From Tubiluchus corallicola (Eukaryota > Animalia > Priapulida): a stretch of DNA of 64,000 bases. This document shows, piece by piece, positions 29,104 to 39,568 of the stretch (position 1 is the first letter of the stretch; every line of letters begins with the position of its first letter). The stretch lies in the NCBI GenBank assembly GCA_030141605.1, contig JAQGDQ010000216.1, positions 228,259 to 292,258 on the forward strand. The letters are read 5' to 3'. Under the pieces are notes generated by a model that ran no database searches, was not told the DNA's origin, and saw only the letters and a program-made list of their open reading frames with translations. A program made the position numbers and the translations under genes.

Positions 29104-29187
29104 AAAAAACAATAATTGACATGAAAAAAACAATAATTGACATGAAAAAAACAATAATTGACATGAAAAAAACAATAATTGACATGA
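29104..29187 (+). repeat. 21-bp tandem repeat x4 containing the start codon (x2 in the paralog)
   Basis: AAAAAAACAATAATTGACATG; ATGs at 29121, 29142, 29163, 29184 versus 32126, 32147. Confidence 0.9.
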
Positions 29188-31568
29188 AGGTTGTAACTAA
29201 CACAAAGGTATCATCTAAATCTATTGCGTTACTATTATTATTTTCACTCTTCGTTTTTGCGTTAGGGTGTGAAAAAGAAAAAAAAGGTGTAGAGGCTCCT
29301 CTCTCCGGAGAAAAAGATATCAAGGAGTTTGTTTTTAAGGCAATTTATAATAAAAATGTACTAATAGCAGATGTGAACCCCGAAGAAATTTTAGAGGATA
29401 AAATTACATTAATAGTTCCCTATGGCACAGATTTATCAGTAGCATTAATCCCTAGCATAGAAGTATCAGAAAAAGCCAGAGTAAGCCCGGCAAGCGGTGT
29501 GGCAGTGAACTTTAAAGCAGGGTCGGCAGAGTACAAAGTAACAGCAGAAGATAATAGTGTAAAGAGTTATACTGTAATAGTTACGGAAAACAAGTGTGCA
29601 TTTACGAAATTTGTATTTGAACAAAAATATAATACAGGCGTATTAACAGAAGATACTGAACTCGGAGAAATTTCAGAAGAGAACAATACTATTAAACTAA
29701 ATGTTCCTTACAATACAGATGTAACAGCGTTAGTAGCCACTTTTGAGGTATCTGAGGGAGCCACAGTAAAGGTAGATGGAAAACAACAAACAAGTGGAGT
29801 AACAGGGGTTGACTTCTCAGATGTTAATGGTGTAAAATACACTGTAACAGCAGAAGATGGCAACACTAAGGATTATACTGTAACAGTTACGGAAGCACCC
29901 GCAAGTAGTGAATGTGAAATTACAGAATTTCTATTTGAGGGAGACAATAATGAGTTTGAGGATAATGTAACCGCGGAAAATATTACCGGAACCAACATTA
30001 ACATAACAGTTCCTTTCGGTACAGATGTAACAAAGTTAGTAGCCACTTTTACAGTATCTGAGGGAGCCTCAGTAACGGTAGATGGAAACCAACAAACAAG
30101 TGGAGAAACAGGGGTTGACTTCTCAGATGTTAATGGTGTAATATACACTGTAACAGCACAAGATGGCAACACTCAGGAGTATACTGTAACAGTAAAGTCA
30201 CCACAGCCCTCTTTCGCTACCGTGAGCTATTACGAGAGAGAGAACCGTATAGGAGCAGGGGATTTTGAAAAACCCGATCTGTTTGAGATAAGTGATATAG
30301 CAGAGGGGAACTACAATTACACATTGAAGATAGCAGATAAAACTGCAAATGGTACAGTAGAAGTAAAAGACGGTAATGGTACAATAGGCGGCAGTACGCT
30401 GCTTGCTTCTGACTGGAATGAAATAGATGATGGCAATATTATCATTGCATTAACCTTAGAAGGTTCTACCTTTAGCTACAACACTACCAAAGAGCAGTAT
30501 AATATAAAGAGCTGGCAGGATCTGCAGGGGATAAAATATAATCTAGGTGGTCGTTACACTTTGATGAATGATATAGAGCTGCCAGAACCCTCCCAAACAG
30601 AAGGCATTTTCCCGGAAGAGCTACCTAAAGAAGGCTTTGACCCTGTCGGTAATAATGATAATAATAGATTCGAGGGTTCTCTCGATGGTGATGACAAGGT
30701 GATAGAGAACTTGTTTATAGATAGAGAGAATACAAACGGGGTAGGCCTGTTTGGATATATACGGAACGCTGAGATAGAAAATGTAATTATAAAAATAGAT
30801 AACGAAGGAATAGGAATAACTGGAAATTCGAATGTTGGTGGGTTGGTAGGGCTTGGAATTAATTCAACAATTGATAACTGCCATATTACAGGAGGCTCCA
30901 TACTGGCAAAAGGTAATAACGCTGGTGGGGTATTAGGATATGGATCAGTTTCTGATACTGATCTCTTTGAAATATCAAAAAGTTCCGCATCAGTAAATGT
31001 TACCGCAGAGGGTGGCAGCGGTCGTGTCGGAGGATTAGCAGGATCTTTTGGATATTTGAATTATAACACTGATGCTTTAAAAATTAATGAGTGTAAGGCT
31101 ACGGGAAATGTAGCAGGCACAAATCACTTAGGTGGCTTAATAGGAGTGCTTGGAGGTACCGTCACCAACTCTTACAGCACAGGGGATGCTAAAGGTAGTA
31201 GCGGAGGGAGCACTTATGGTGGACTAATAGGAATTTGTACTGCTACAGGAGCAGCCATAATTGAGAACTGTTATGCCACCGGAGAGACGAATAATGCATC
31301 TCCACTGCTTGGTGGCTTGATAGGAGGAGATGCGTCTGAAAATAGTGATATTTATAGTTATTGGGATGAGGAAAGTTCAGGAGTGCAGGAACTTCCTGAA
31401 ACTCTGGCAGGAATTGGAGTTAGCAGTGGCAGCCATTTGAAAAAAGAGGGCAGCCAGTACAAAGATACTGAAAAGGATAGAGAAGTCTTTGAATACTGGG
31501 ACTTCTCAAATACTTGGAAATGGGTGAATGATGGAGAGTGGCCCATTCTCAATTGGGAGGCGCAATAA
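29121..31568 (+). CDS. Surface lipoprotein: 3 Ig-like (DUF5018-like) repeats + GLUG-motif beta-helix
   Basis: Lipobox FALG-C then EKEKK; VP.GTD...YTVTAEDG repeats; VGGLVG/YATG repeats; W......WP.L.W end. Confidence 0.88.
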   Translation: MKKTIIDMKKTIIDMKKTIIDMKVVTNTKVSSKSIALLLLFSLFVFALGCEKEKKGVEAPLSGEKDIKEFVFKAIYNKNVLIADVNPEEILEDKITLIVPYGTDLSVALIPSIEVSEKARVSPASGVAVNFKAGSAEYKVTAEDNSVKSYTVIVTENKCAFTKFVFEQKYNTGVLTEDTELGEISEENNTIKLNVPYNTDVTALVATFEVSEGATVKVDGKQQTSGVTGVDFSDVNGVKYTVTAEDGNTKDYTVTVTEAPASSECEITEFLFEGDNNEFEDNVTAENITGTNINITVPFGTDVTKLVATFTVSEGASVTVDGNQQTSGETGVDFSDVNGVIYTVTAQDGNTQEYTVTVKSPQPSFATVSYYERENRIGAGDFEKPDLFEISDIAEGNYNYTLKIADKTANGTVEVKDGNGTIGGSTLLASDWNEIDDGNIIIALTLEGSTFSYNTTKEQYNIKSWQDLQGIKYNLGGRYTLMNDIELPEPSQTEGIFPEELPKEGFDPVGNNDNNRFEGSLDGDDKVIENLFIDRENTNGVGLFGYIRNAEIENVIIKIDNEGIGITGNSNVGGLVGLGINSTIDNCHITGGSILAKGNNAGGVLGYGSVSDTDLFEISKSSASVNVTAEGGSGRVGGLAGSFGYLNYNTDALKINECKATGNVAGTNHLGGLIGVLGGTVTNSYSTGDAKGSSGGSTYGGLIGICTATGAAIIENCYATGETNNASPLLGGLIGGDASENSDIYSYWDEESSGVQELPETLAGIGVSSGSHLKKEGSQYKDTEKDREVFEYWDFSNTWKWVNDGEWPILNWEAQ

Positions 31569-31618
31569 TACTAAAACCCTACTTCAGGTAGAAATATAAT
31601 ACTAATTCAAGACAGAAC

Positions 31619-31661
31619 AAAACCCCGAAAAAGGACAAATTTGATCCTGAATCGGGGTTTT
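31619..31661 (+). terminator. Terminator-like hairpin after lipoprotein 1
   Basis: AAAACCCCGA...TCGGGGTTTT. Confidence 0.55.
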
Positions 31662-31665
31662 CTGT

Positions 31666-31781
31666 GACACTGTTTCACAAAGTGTAAATATAGCACTATC
31701 TCATAAACTGTATAAATAGAAAATGCCGAGGGTTGCAACCCTCGGCATTTTTTTAGTTTACACACTTTGTGAAACAGTGTC
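31666..31781. mobile_element. IS256-type MITE copy 2 (31692-31781) with an extra outer IR
   Basis: GACACTGTTTCACAAAGTGT at 31666 is a perfect 20-bp inverted match to the right end. Confidence 0.8.
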
Positions 31782-32125
31782 TGCAATACACTCTGCCCAA
31801 ATCGAAACAAGTCAGAACAAAAATATTACAGCCAACTGAAATGCAAAAAAAGTTGTTAAATATGAAATTATAAACTTGGGTGCTGCAATGCACAAAACAG
31901 GAAGTAGTTGTTTCAAACAAGGCTTAATGTAATGAGCCCTGAGAAGTAATATTGAAAAGGATCATGAAATAAAAATAAAAATTCTTAAAACATGGACCTG
32001 ACATCGACTTGCAGATGTAATTTTTTTCATATCCTCTTTACAGAGTTTTTTTTTCATATCTTTTCATATCTTTGCAGAGTTTTTTCGATCATACTAAGAC
32101 ATCAATTTAAAAAACAATAATTGAC

Positions 32126-34432
32126 ATGAAAAAAACAATAATTGACATGAAGGTTGTAACTAACACAAAGGTATCATCTAAATCTATTGCGTTACTATTA
32201 TTATTTTCACTCTTCGTTTTTGCGTTAGGGTGTGAAAAAGAAAAAAAAGGTGTAGAGGCTCCTCTCTCCGGAGAAAAAGATATCAAGGAGTTTGTTTTTA
32301 AGGCAATTGATAATAAAGATGTACTAATAGCAGATGTGAACCCCGAAGAAATTTCAGAGGATAAAATTACATTAATAGTTCCCTATGGCACAGATCCAAA
32401 TGGATTGATTCCTACTATAGAAGTATCAGATAAAGCCAGTATATATCCGGAGAGTGGAGTCCCGGGAAACTTCACAGATGCAGCAACTTATACTGTAACA
32501 GCAGAAGATAATAGTGTAAAGAGTTATACTGTAATAGTTACGGAAAACAAGTGTGCATTTACGAAATTTGTATTTGAACAAAAATATAATACAGGCGTAT
32601 TAACAGAAGATACTGAACTCGGAGAAATTTCAGAAGAGAACAATACTATTAAACTAAATGTTCCTTACAATACAGATGTAACAGCGTTAGTAGCCACTTT
32701 TGAGGTATCTGAGGGAGCCACAGTAAAGGTAGGCACAGATCCACAAATAAGTGAAGTAACAGAGACTAACTTTACAAGCCCTGTTACCTACACTGTAACA
32801 GCAGAAGATGGCAACATATCTCAGGATTATACTGTAACAGTAAAGCCACAGCCCTCTTTCGCTACCGTGAGCTATTACGAGAGAGAGAACCGTGTAGGAG
32901 CAGGGGATTTTGAAAAACCCGATCTGTTTGAGATAAGTGATATAGCAGAGGGGAGCTACAATTACACATTGAAGATAGCAGATAAAACTGCAAATGGTAC
33001 AGTAGAAGTAAAAGACGGTAATGGTACAATAGGCGGCAGTACGCTGAGTATTTCTGATTGGAATAAAATAGATGATGGCAATATCAACGTTGTATTAGAG
33101 ATTGAAGAGATTGAAGGTATTGACTTTACCTACACTGTAACCAAAGAGCAGTATAAAATAAGAAGTTGGCAAGATTTGCAAGGTATGAAGTATAATTTAA
33201 ATGGTAGTTATACTTTGATGAATGATATAGAACTACCAGACCCTACAAACGGAACTTTCCCTGCCGAGCTTCCATCACAAGGGTTTAAGCCTGTGGGGCA
33301 GGCGCAGTGGACGGAGGATGAGAGTTTTAAAGGCTCATTTGATGGACAGAATTATGTAATAAGCAATTTCTTTATAAATAGAGTAGTTACGGATTATGTA
33401 GGTTTGTTTGGTAGTACCAAAGGTGCAACTACAACTATAGAAAATGTAGGTATAAAAATATCATCAGACGGTGTTACAGGAAGATATTATGTCGGCGGCC
33501 TGGTGGGGCGTGCCTTGGAAGGGAGCACTATTGAAAACTGTAATGTAACGGAGGATGATAATGTAACGGAGAATGATGATATAGTTACAGGAAAAAGAAC
33601 CATTGGCGGCCTGGTGGGGAGTGCCACTAATACCACTATTACCAACAGTTATACAATGATAAAAGTTAATTCAACTGGAGGATCTGCGGGAGATAGTGAT
33701 GTCGGCGGCCTGGTGGGGAGTACCACTAATAGCTCCATTACCAACAGTTATGCAACGGGGGATGTTACAGGAGATAGAACTGTCGGCGGCCTGGTGGGGA
33801 AGGCCGACAGTACTCCCGATATTGGCGACAGTAATATCACTATTGCCAACAGTTATGCAACGGGTAATGTTACAGGAAGTACGATTGTCGGCGGCCTGGT
33901 GGGGGTACTTGAAGCTAATAATAGTAATACGGGATCCTATATTTATAGAAGCTATGCCACAGGTAGTGTAAGTGGTACAAATGTTGAAGAAAGCTATGTA
34001 GGGGGGTTGGTTGGTCGTTTTTTTAGGGGAACTATTTCAGATAGTTATGCTACAGGCAGTGTAAGTGGAGTGAAATATGTAGGAGGGTTGTTTGGGCGTA
34101 TACACTATACTGATGCCTTTACAAAAAGAACTTACGCTACAGGTATAGTGACAGGGAGTAGTGATGTTGGAGGTTTGGGAGGCCATCAATCTGGAGGAGG
34201 AGATACTCATAGTTACTGGGATATACACAGTACAGGACAGACACAGTCTTCTGTAGGAACGGGTGTTTCCTCAAGATCTAATCTGGTAGAGATTGAAGGT
34301 AAATACTACGATACAGGCCCAAACCCTGATGTTGAAGTTTTCATTGACTGGAAGTTTGGCGATAATGATGAGAATCCTTGGAAGTGGGAGGGCACTGGTC
34401 AGTGGCCTACTCTCTACTGGCAGGGGAACTAA
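32126..34432 (+). CDS. Surface lipoprotein: 2 Ig-like repeats + GLUG beta-helix
   Basis: Leader and N-terminus near-identical to 29121; divergent GLUG domain. Confidence 0.88.
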   Translation: MKKTIIDMKVVTNTKVSSKSIALLLLFSLFVFALGCEKEKKGVEAPLSGEKDIKEFVFKAIDNKDVLIADVNPEEISEDKITLIVPYGTDPNGLIPTIEVSDKASIYPESGVPGNFTDAATYTVTAEDNSVKSYTVIVTENKCAFTKFVFEQKYNTGVLTEDTELGEISEENNTIKLNVPYNTDVTALVATFEVSEGATVKVGTDPQISEVTETNFTSPVTYTVTAEDGNISQDYTVTVKPQPSFATVSYYERENRVGAGDFEKPDLFEISDIAEGSYNYTLKIADKTANGTVEVKDGNGTIGGSTLSISDWNKIDDGNINVVLEIEEIEGIDFTYTVTKEQYKIRSWQDLQGMKYNLNGSYTLMNDIELPDPTNGTFPAELPSQGFKPVGQAQWTEDESFKGSFDGQNYVISNFFINRVVTDYVGLFGSTKGATTTIENVGIKISSDGVTGRYYVGGLVGRALEGSTIENCNVTEDDNVTENDDIVTGKRTIGGLVGSATNTTITNSYTMIKVNSTGGSAGDSDVGGLVGSTTNSSITNSYATGDVTGDRTVGGLVGKADSTPDIGDSNITIANSYATGNVTGSTIVGGLVGVLEANNSNTGSYIYRSYATGSVSGTNVEESYVGGLVGRFFRGTISDSYATGSVSGVKYVGGLFGRIHYTDAFTKRTYATGIVTGSSDVGGLGGHQSGGGDTHSYWDIHSTGQTQSSVGTGVSSRSNLVEIEGKYYDTGPNPDVEVFIDWKFGDNDENPWKWEGTGQWPTLYWQGN

Positions 34433-34468
34433 AAAAAGAGGCAAAAGTATACTTACTAATAATTATTT

Positions 34469-34503
34469 AAACCCGTGCTTACTGCAAAGGCACGGGTTTT
34501 TTT
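34469..34503 (+). terminator. Intrinsic terminator (near-identical copy at 39146-39180, related copy at 55524-55556)
   Basis: AAACCCGTGC-loop-GCACGGGTTTTTTT. Confidence 0.8.
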
Positions 34504-34639
34504 GCATAGTTTTTCATCAAAAGAATTTACAGGCTTGATCTTGGGGTTCTTTTGTGTCATGACAAAAGAACTTGATCCTTCGCCTCTCTTACATCAAAAC
34601 AAAAGAATGTAAAGAAAACAGCTAAAAGGAGATATAAAA

Positions 34640-34739
34640 CAATGCCTCGTTTTTGGAGCTCTTGTAAAAAACCATTGAGCTCTTCCCCTGAATTAAACTG
34701 TTCAAGGAAATCATCATTTAATAAATCTTCTTTTTTCAT
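34640..34739 (-). pseudogene. IS256-family transposase 5' remnant
   Basis: MKKEDLLNDDFLEQFNSGEELNGFLQELQKRGI resembles Bacteroidota IS256 N-termini, then loses similarity. Confidence 0.75.
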
Positions 34740-34787
34740 TACTGTCTAAAGTTTTAAAATTAAACAAAAAAATGCCGAGGGATCCTC

Positions 34788-34877
34788 AGCACTATCTCAT
34801 AAACTGTGTAAATAGAAAATGCCGAGGGTTGCAACCCTCGGCATTTTTTTAGTTTACACACTTTGTGAAACAGTGTC
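34788..34877. mobile_element. 90-bp IS256-type MITE, copy 3
   Basis: Near-identical to 28686-28775. Confidence 0.8.
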
Positions 34878-35114
34878 TGCAATACACTCTGCCCAAATCG
34901 AAACAAGTCAGAACAAAAATATTACAGCCAACTGAAATGCAAAAAAAGTTGTTAAATATGAAATTATAAACTTGGGGGCTGCAATGCACAAAACAGGAAG
35001 AACAAGAAGTGTTAAAAAAAAACAATAAAGCAGAATAAAATAAAATTAATTAACTTTCCGCAAAGACATTTTCTTTATCTTTACGAAGATCACTTTAATA
35101 AATTTATTAAGAAT

Positions 35115-38100
35115 ATGAAAACAGCAGCATTTAAACCACTAATCAATATACTTATATTGCTCCTAGCTATTACATTTGGATGCAAAAAAGGGGATGAAGA
35201 ACCACCTCTCTCCGATGAGAATCTGATTACTGAGTTTGCGTTTAGGAAAAGTGTCAATGGGTCATTAGCTGTCGATGTAGATGCGGGTGTAATCACAGGC
35301 ACAGAAATTGAACTAACAGTTCCTTTTGGTACAGCCCTCGAGTTAACTCCTACAATAGAGATATCGGATGGTGCCACTATTAGTCCTGCTAGTGGAGTGC
35401 CTATAAACTTTGAAGAAACAAACCCTGCAAGCTACACAGTAACAGCGGAGAATGGCGACGAGCGGGAGTATAAAGTAACAGTTGAAGTAGCACAAAATAC
35501 CGAATGTAAAATCAAAACTTTTGTATTTGAACAAAAATATAATACAGGCGTATTAACAGAAGATACTGAACTCGGAGAAATTTCAGAAGAGAACAATACT
35601 ATTAAACTAAATGTTCCTTACAATACAGATGTAAAAAATTTAGTAGCCACTTTTGAGGTATCTGAGGGAGCCACAGTAACGGTAGATGGAATTACACAAG
35701 TAAGTGGAGTAACAGATGTCGACTTTACAGGCGATGTTATTTACACTGTAACAGCACAAGATGGAACCTCCACACAGGAGTATACTGTAAAAGTTACGGA
35801 AGCACCCGCAAGTAGTGAATGTGAAATCAAAACTTTTGTGTTTGAGGAAAAAAATAATAAGGATAATTTATATGTCGATGTAGATGCGGGCGTAATTACA
35901 GGCCCAGATATCACACTCACAGTACCTTTTGGTACAGCCCTCGAGTTAACTCCTACAATAGAGATATCGGATGATGCCACTATTAATCCTGCTAGTGGAG
36001 TGCCTGTAAACTTTGGACTACTAAACCATCTAACCTACACAGTAACAGCGGAGAATGGCGACGAGCAGGATTATAAAGTAACAGTTACTGTAGCAGAAAA
36101 CACAGCAAATGACATCATATGGTTTAAATTTGAGCATGAAAAAAATGATGAATTAGATATAGATGTTGACGCCGGAGAGATAGAAGGAACTAACATTGAA
36201 CTAACAGTTCCCCGTAATACGAATATAACAGAACTGATAGCCAGTTTTGAAGTATCAGAAGGAGCCACAGTAAAGGTAGATGGAGAGACACAAGTAAGTG
36301 GAACAACAAAGGTTGACTTCTCAGATGTTGATGGTGTAAAATACATTGTAGAAGCAGAAGATGGCAGCACTCAGGAGTATACAGTAACAGTTAAAGAAGC
36401 AAAAAATAGCGCAAGTGCGATTACTAGCTTTGTGTTTGAGGAAAAAAATAATAAGAATAATTTATATGTCGATGTAGATGCGGGCGTAATTACAGGCACA
36501 GATATCCCACTCATAGTACCTTTTGGTACAGACCTCGAGTTAACTCCTACAATAGGAATATCGGATGGTGCCACTATTAGTCCGGATAGTGGTGAATCTG
36601 TGGACTTTTCCAGCAGCGCCACACAAGCTGTAGAATACACAGTAACATCAGAAGATAATACTACTACTGAGACTTATAGAGTAGAAGTTACTGTAGCATC
36701 TGAAACAGACAAAGAGATTACGAGCTTTGTGTTTGAGGCAGATAAAAATAGTGATAAAGGATTAACTAAAGATGTAGTGGCGGAAGATGTTACAGGTCCG
36801 GATATCACATTAATAGTACCTTATAATACAAATGTAGCATCATTAACTCCTACAATTACAATAAAAGGTAAACACATCACTCCTAAAAGTGGAGAGGCAA
36901 TAAGTTTCGAGAGTTTTGTAACCTATACAGTAACAGCAGGGGATGACACGACTCAGGATTATAAAGTAACAGTTAATAAAGAGGAGGCTAGCACAGCAAG
37001 CGACATACTCCGCTTTGCATTTGAGGTAGGGGATAATAAAGATAAATTAACTGAAGACGTAGTTGTGGAAAATATTACAAGCACAGATATCACACTCGAA
37101 GTACCTTATGGCACAAACCTCGAGCTAATCCCCAGAATAGAGATATCGGAGTATGCTTCAATAGATCCTGAAAGTGGTGTATTAAATGATTTTTCCAACA
37201 GTGAATCAGCACCTGTAGAATACGAAGTAACAGCTCAAGATGATGAAACCACTAAGGTTTACGAAGTAACAGTAAAAGAAACGCCAGCAAGTGACGAAAA
37301 AGAGATCACTCTCTTTGACTTTGAAGTATCAGACAACCCTACATATATAGAAGAAAAAGTGGAGGGTGATATTTCACCTGAAGACAATACAATTAGATTA
37401 AAGGTACCTTTTGGTACAGACGTGCATTCACTAAGGCCCAGAATAGAGATATCGGAGTATGCTTCAATAAGTCCTGAAAGTGGTGTATTAAATGATTTTT
37501 CCAACAGTGAATCAGCACCTGTAGAATACGAAGTAACAGCTCAAGATGAAACTTCCCAGACTTATTATGTAACCGTAGTCATCGAAAATATACCACGCCC
37601 CACTTTCACTGTTTTAAGTTATAATAATGGAGCCAATCGTATAGGAGCCGGAGACTTAGAAAAGCCGGATCTGTTTCAGATAGGAGATCTTCAGGATGGT
37701 AGTTATGACTATTCACTAAAGATAGACAACAAAGATGCAGGAGGTGGTACATTATCAGTATTGGGTGGTAAAGCCTCAATAGGCAGTACGCTGCTTGCTT
37801 CTGACTGGAATGAAATAGATGATGGCAATATTACCATTGTATTAACCTTAGAAGGTTCTACCTTTAGCTACAACACTACCAAAGAGCAGTATAGTGTAAA
37901 GAGTTGGCAGGATCTTCAGGGGATGAAGTACGGTTTGTCAGGTGACTACACTTTGATGAATGATATAGAGCTGCCTGACCCCTCCCAAACAGGAGGCACT
38001 TTCCCGGAGGAGCTTCCTGCAGCAGGTTTTGACCCTGTGGGTGGTAGATTTACAGGTTCATTTAGTTCAGCTAGTGGAGAGATATATGTAATAAGCAACC

Positions 38101-39122
38101 TATTTATAGATAGAGGAAATGATGAATATGTAGGGCTGTTTGCTTATGCATTCAATGCAACCATCGAGAATGTTGGAATAGAAATATCAGATGGTGGTGT
38201 GACGGGGCATGAACATGCTGGTGGCCTGATGGGGTATAATCGTAGTAGTACTGTTAATAATATTACCATTACCGGTGGTAGTATAAAGTCAACACAAAAA
38301 TGGGATGATACTGGATACGAAGGGTGTGCTGGCAGCCTGGTGGGGTTTAATCACGATGGCAGTATAACCAACTGTTACGCTACTGGTACTAGTATTCTGG
38401 GAGGAATAAATCTTGGCGGTCTGGTGGGGTTTAATTTAGATGGCAGTATAACCGATAGCTACGCTACTGGTAGTGTGTCTGGAGGAGATAATTCTGGTAC
38501 AGCTATCGGCGGCCTGGTGGGGGAAGATGTGAGAGGTACTATAACCAACTGTTATGCTACCGGTAGTGTGTCGGTAGGATCTACCTTCAAAACCCGCATT
38601 GGCGGTCTGGTTGGTAGATCCGCTTCCAGAATAATCGACTGTTACGCTACTGGTAGTGTGACGGGTGGAGAGAGTACTGGCGGCCTGGTGGGGATTAATT
38701 ACTATGGCAGTATAACCGATAGCTACGCTACTGGCAGTGTGATGGATGGAAAGAGTAATGGCGGCCTGGTGGGGTATAATCACGATGGCAGTATAACCGA
38801 TAGCTACGCTACTGGCAGTGTGACGGGTGGAGTGATGAATGGCGGCCTGGTGGGAGAGTATCGGCAAGGCACTATAACCAAAAGCTACTGGGATAAGGGT
38901 AGTACAGGGCAAAGTGGTTCTGCTGGCGGGAAGGGGACGGGTGTCTCCTCGGGAGCTTACCTGGAGAAAGAAGGAGCTGTATATATAGATAAAGAAGCAG
39001 ATGGCAATGGTACTACAAATGTTTTTGTAGATTGGTCTATTAGTGACGATGACACTGAAACCTGGAAGTGGCGGGGTAATGGTCAATGGCCTGTTCTCAC
39101 CTGGCCACCACCAGGCAACTAA
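35115..39122 (+). CDS. Surface lipoprotein: 8 Ig-like repeats + GLUG beta-helix
   Basis: Lipobox ITFG-C then KKGDEE; eight ~90-aa repeats; GGLVG...ITDSYATGSV repeats. Confidence 0.88.
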   Translation: MKTAAFKPLINILILLLAITFGCKKGDEEPPLSDENLITEFAFRKSVNGSLAVDVDAGVITGTEIELTVPFGTALELTPTIEISDGATISPASGVPINFEETNPASYTVTAENGDEREYKVTVEVAQNTECKIKTFVFEQKYNTGVLTEDTELGEISEENNTIKLNVPYNTDVKNLVATFEVSEGATVTVDGITQVSGVTDVDFTGDVIYTVTAQDGTSTQEYTVKVTEAPASSECEIKTFVFEEKNNKDNLYVDVDAGVITGPDITLTVPFGTALELTPTIEISDDATINPASGVPVNFGLLNHLTYTVTAENGDEQDYKVTVTVAENTANDIIWFKFEHEKNDELDIDVDAGEIEGTNIELTVPRNTNITELIASFEVSEGATVKVDGETQVSGTTKVDFSDVDGVKYIVEAEDGSTQEYTVTVKEAKNSASAITSFVFEEKNNKNNLYVDVDAGVITGTDIPLIVPFGTDLELTPTIGISDGATISPDSGESVDFSSSATQAVEYTVTSEDNTTTETYRVEVTVASETDKEITSFVFEADKNSDKGLTKDVVAEDVTGPDITLIVPYNTNVASLTPTITIKGKHITPKSGEAISFESFVTYTVTAGDDTTQDYKVTVNKEEASTASDILRFAFEVGDNKDKLTEDVVVENITSTDITLEVPYGTNLELIPRIEISEYASIDPESGVLNDFSNSESAPVEYEVTAQDDETTKVYEVTVKETPASDEKEITLFDFEVSDNPTYIEEKVEGDISPEDNTIRLKVPFGTDVHSLRPRIEISEYASISPESGVLNDFSNSESAPVEYEVTAQDETSQTYYVTVVIENIPRPTFTVLSYNNGANRIGAGDLEKPDLFQIGDLQDGSYDYSLKIDNKDAGGGTLSVLGGKASIGSTLLASDWNEIDDGNITIVLTLEGSTFSYNTTKEQYSVKSWQDLQGMKYGLSGDYTLMNDIELPDPSQTGGTFPEELPAAGFDPVGGRFTGSFSSASGEIYVISNLFIDRGNDEYVGLFAYAFNATIENVGIEISDGGVTGHEHAGGLMGYNRSSTVNNITITGGSIKSTQKWDDTGYEGCAGSLVGFNHDGSITNCYATGTSILGGINLGGLVGFNLDGSITDSYATGSVSGGDNSGTAIGGLVGEDVRGTITNCYATGSVSVGSTFKTRIGGLVGRSASRIIDCYATGSVTGGESTGGLVGINYYGSITDSYATGSVMDGKSNGGLVGYNHDGSITDSYATGSVTGGVMNGGLVGEYRQGTITKSYWDKGSTGQSGSAGGKGTGVSSGAYLEKEGAVYIDKEADGNGTTNVFVDWSISDDDTETWKWRGNGQWPVLTWPPPGN

Positions 39123-39327
39123 AAATAGGCAAGAGAATAATATTTAAACCCGTGCTTACTGCAAAAGCACGGGTTTTTTTGCATAGTTTTTCATCAAAAG
39201 AATTTACAGGCTTGATCTTGGGGTTCTTTTGTGTCATGACAAAAGAACTTAAAAAGAACTTGATCCTTCGCCTCTCTTACATCAAAACAAAAGAATGTAA
39301 AGAAAACAGCTAAAAGGAGATATAAAA

Positions 39328-39427
39328 CAATGCCTCGTTTTTGGAGCTCTTGTAAAAAACCATTGAGCTCTTCCCCTGAATTAAACTGTTCAAGGAAATC
39401 ATCATTTAATAAATCTTCTTTTTTCAT
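39328..39427 (-). pseudogene. IS256-family transposase 5' remnant, second copy
   Basis: Part of a ~330-bp duplication of 34463-34787. Confidence 0.75.
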
Positions 39428-39472
39428 TACTGTCTAAAGTTTTAAAATTAAACAAAAAAATGCCGAATCCTC

Positions 39473-39562
39473 AGCACTATCTCATAAACTGTATAAATAG
39501 AAAATGCCGAGGGTTGCAACCCTCGGCATTTTTTTAGTTTACACACTTTGTGAAACAGTGTC
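39473..39562. mobile_element. 90-bp IS256-type MITE, copy 4 (right border of the cargo)
   Basis: Near-identical to the other copies; phage genes resume 6 bp later. Confidence 0.8.
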
Positions 39563-39568
39563 TTCACA

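Noticed and set aside
34557-34739. Real 60-aa and 77-aa proteins (also 39194-39427)
   Set aside because: Transposase N-terminal remnants running into unrelated sequence
28686-39562. Invertible shufflon or true integron
   Set aside because: Repeats are direct, and no serine/tyrosine recombinase or attC structure is present in the window
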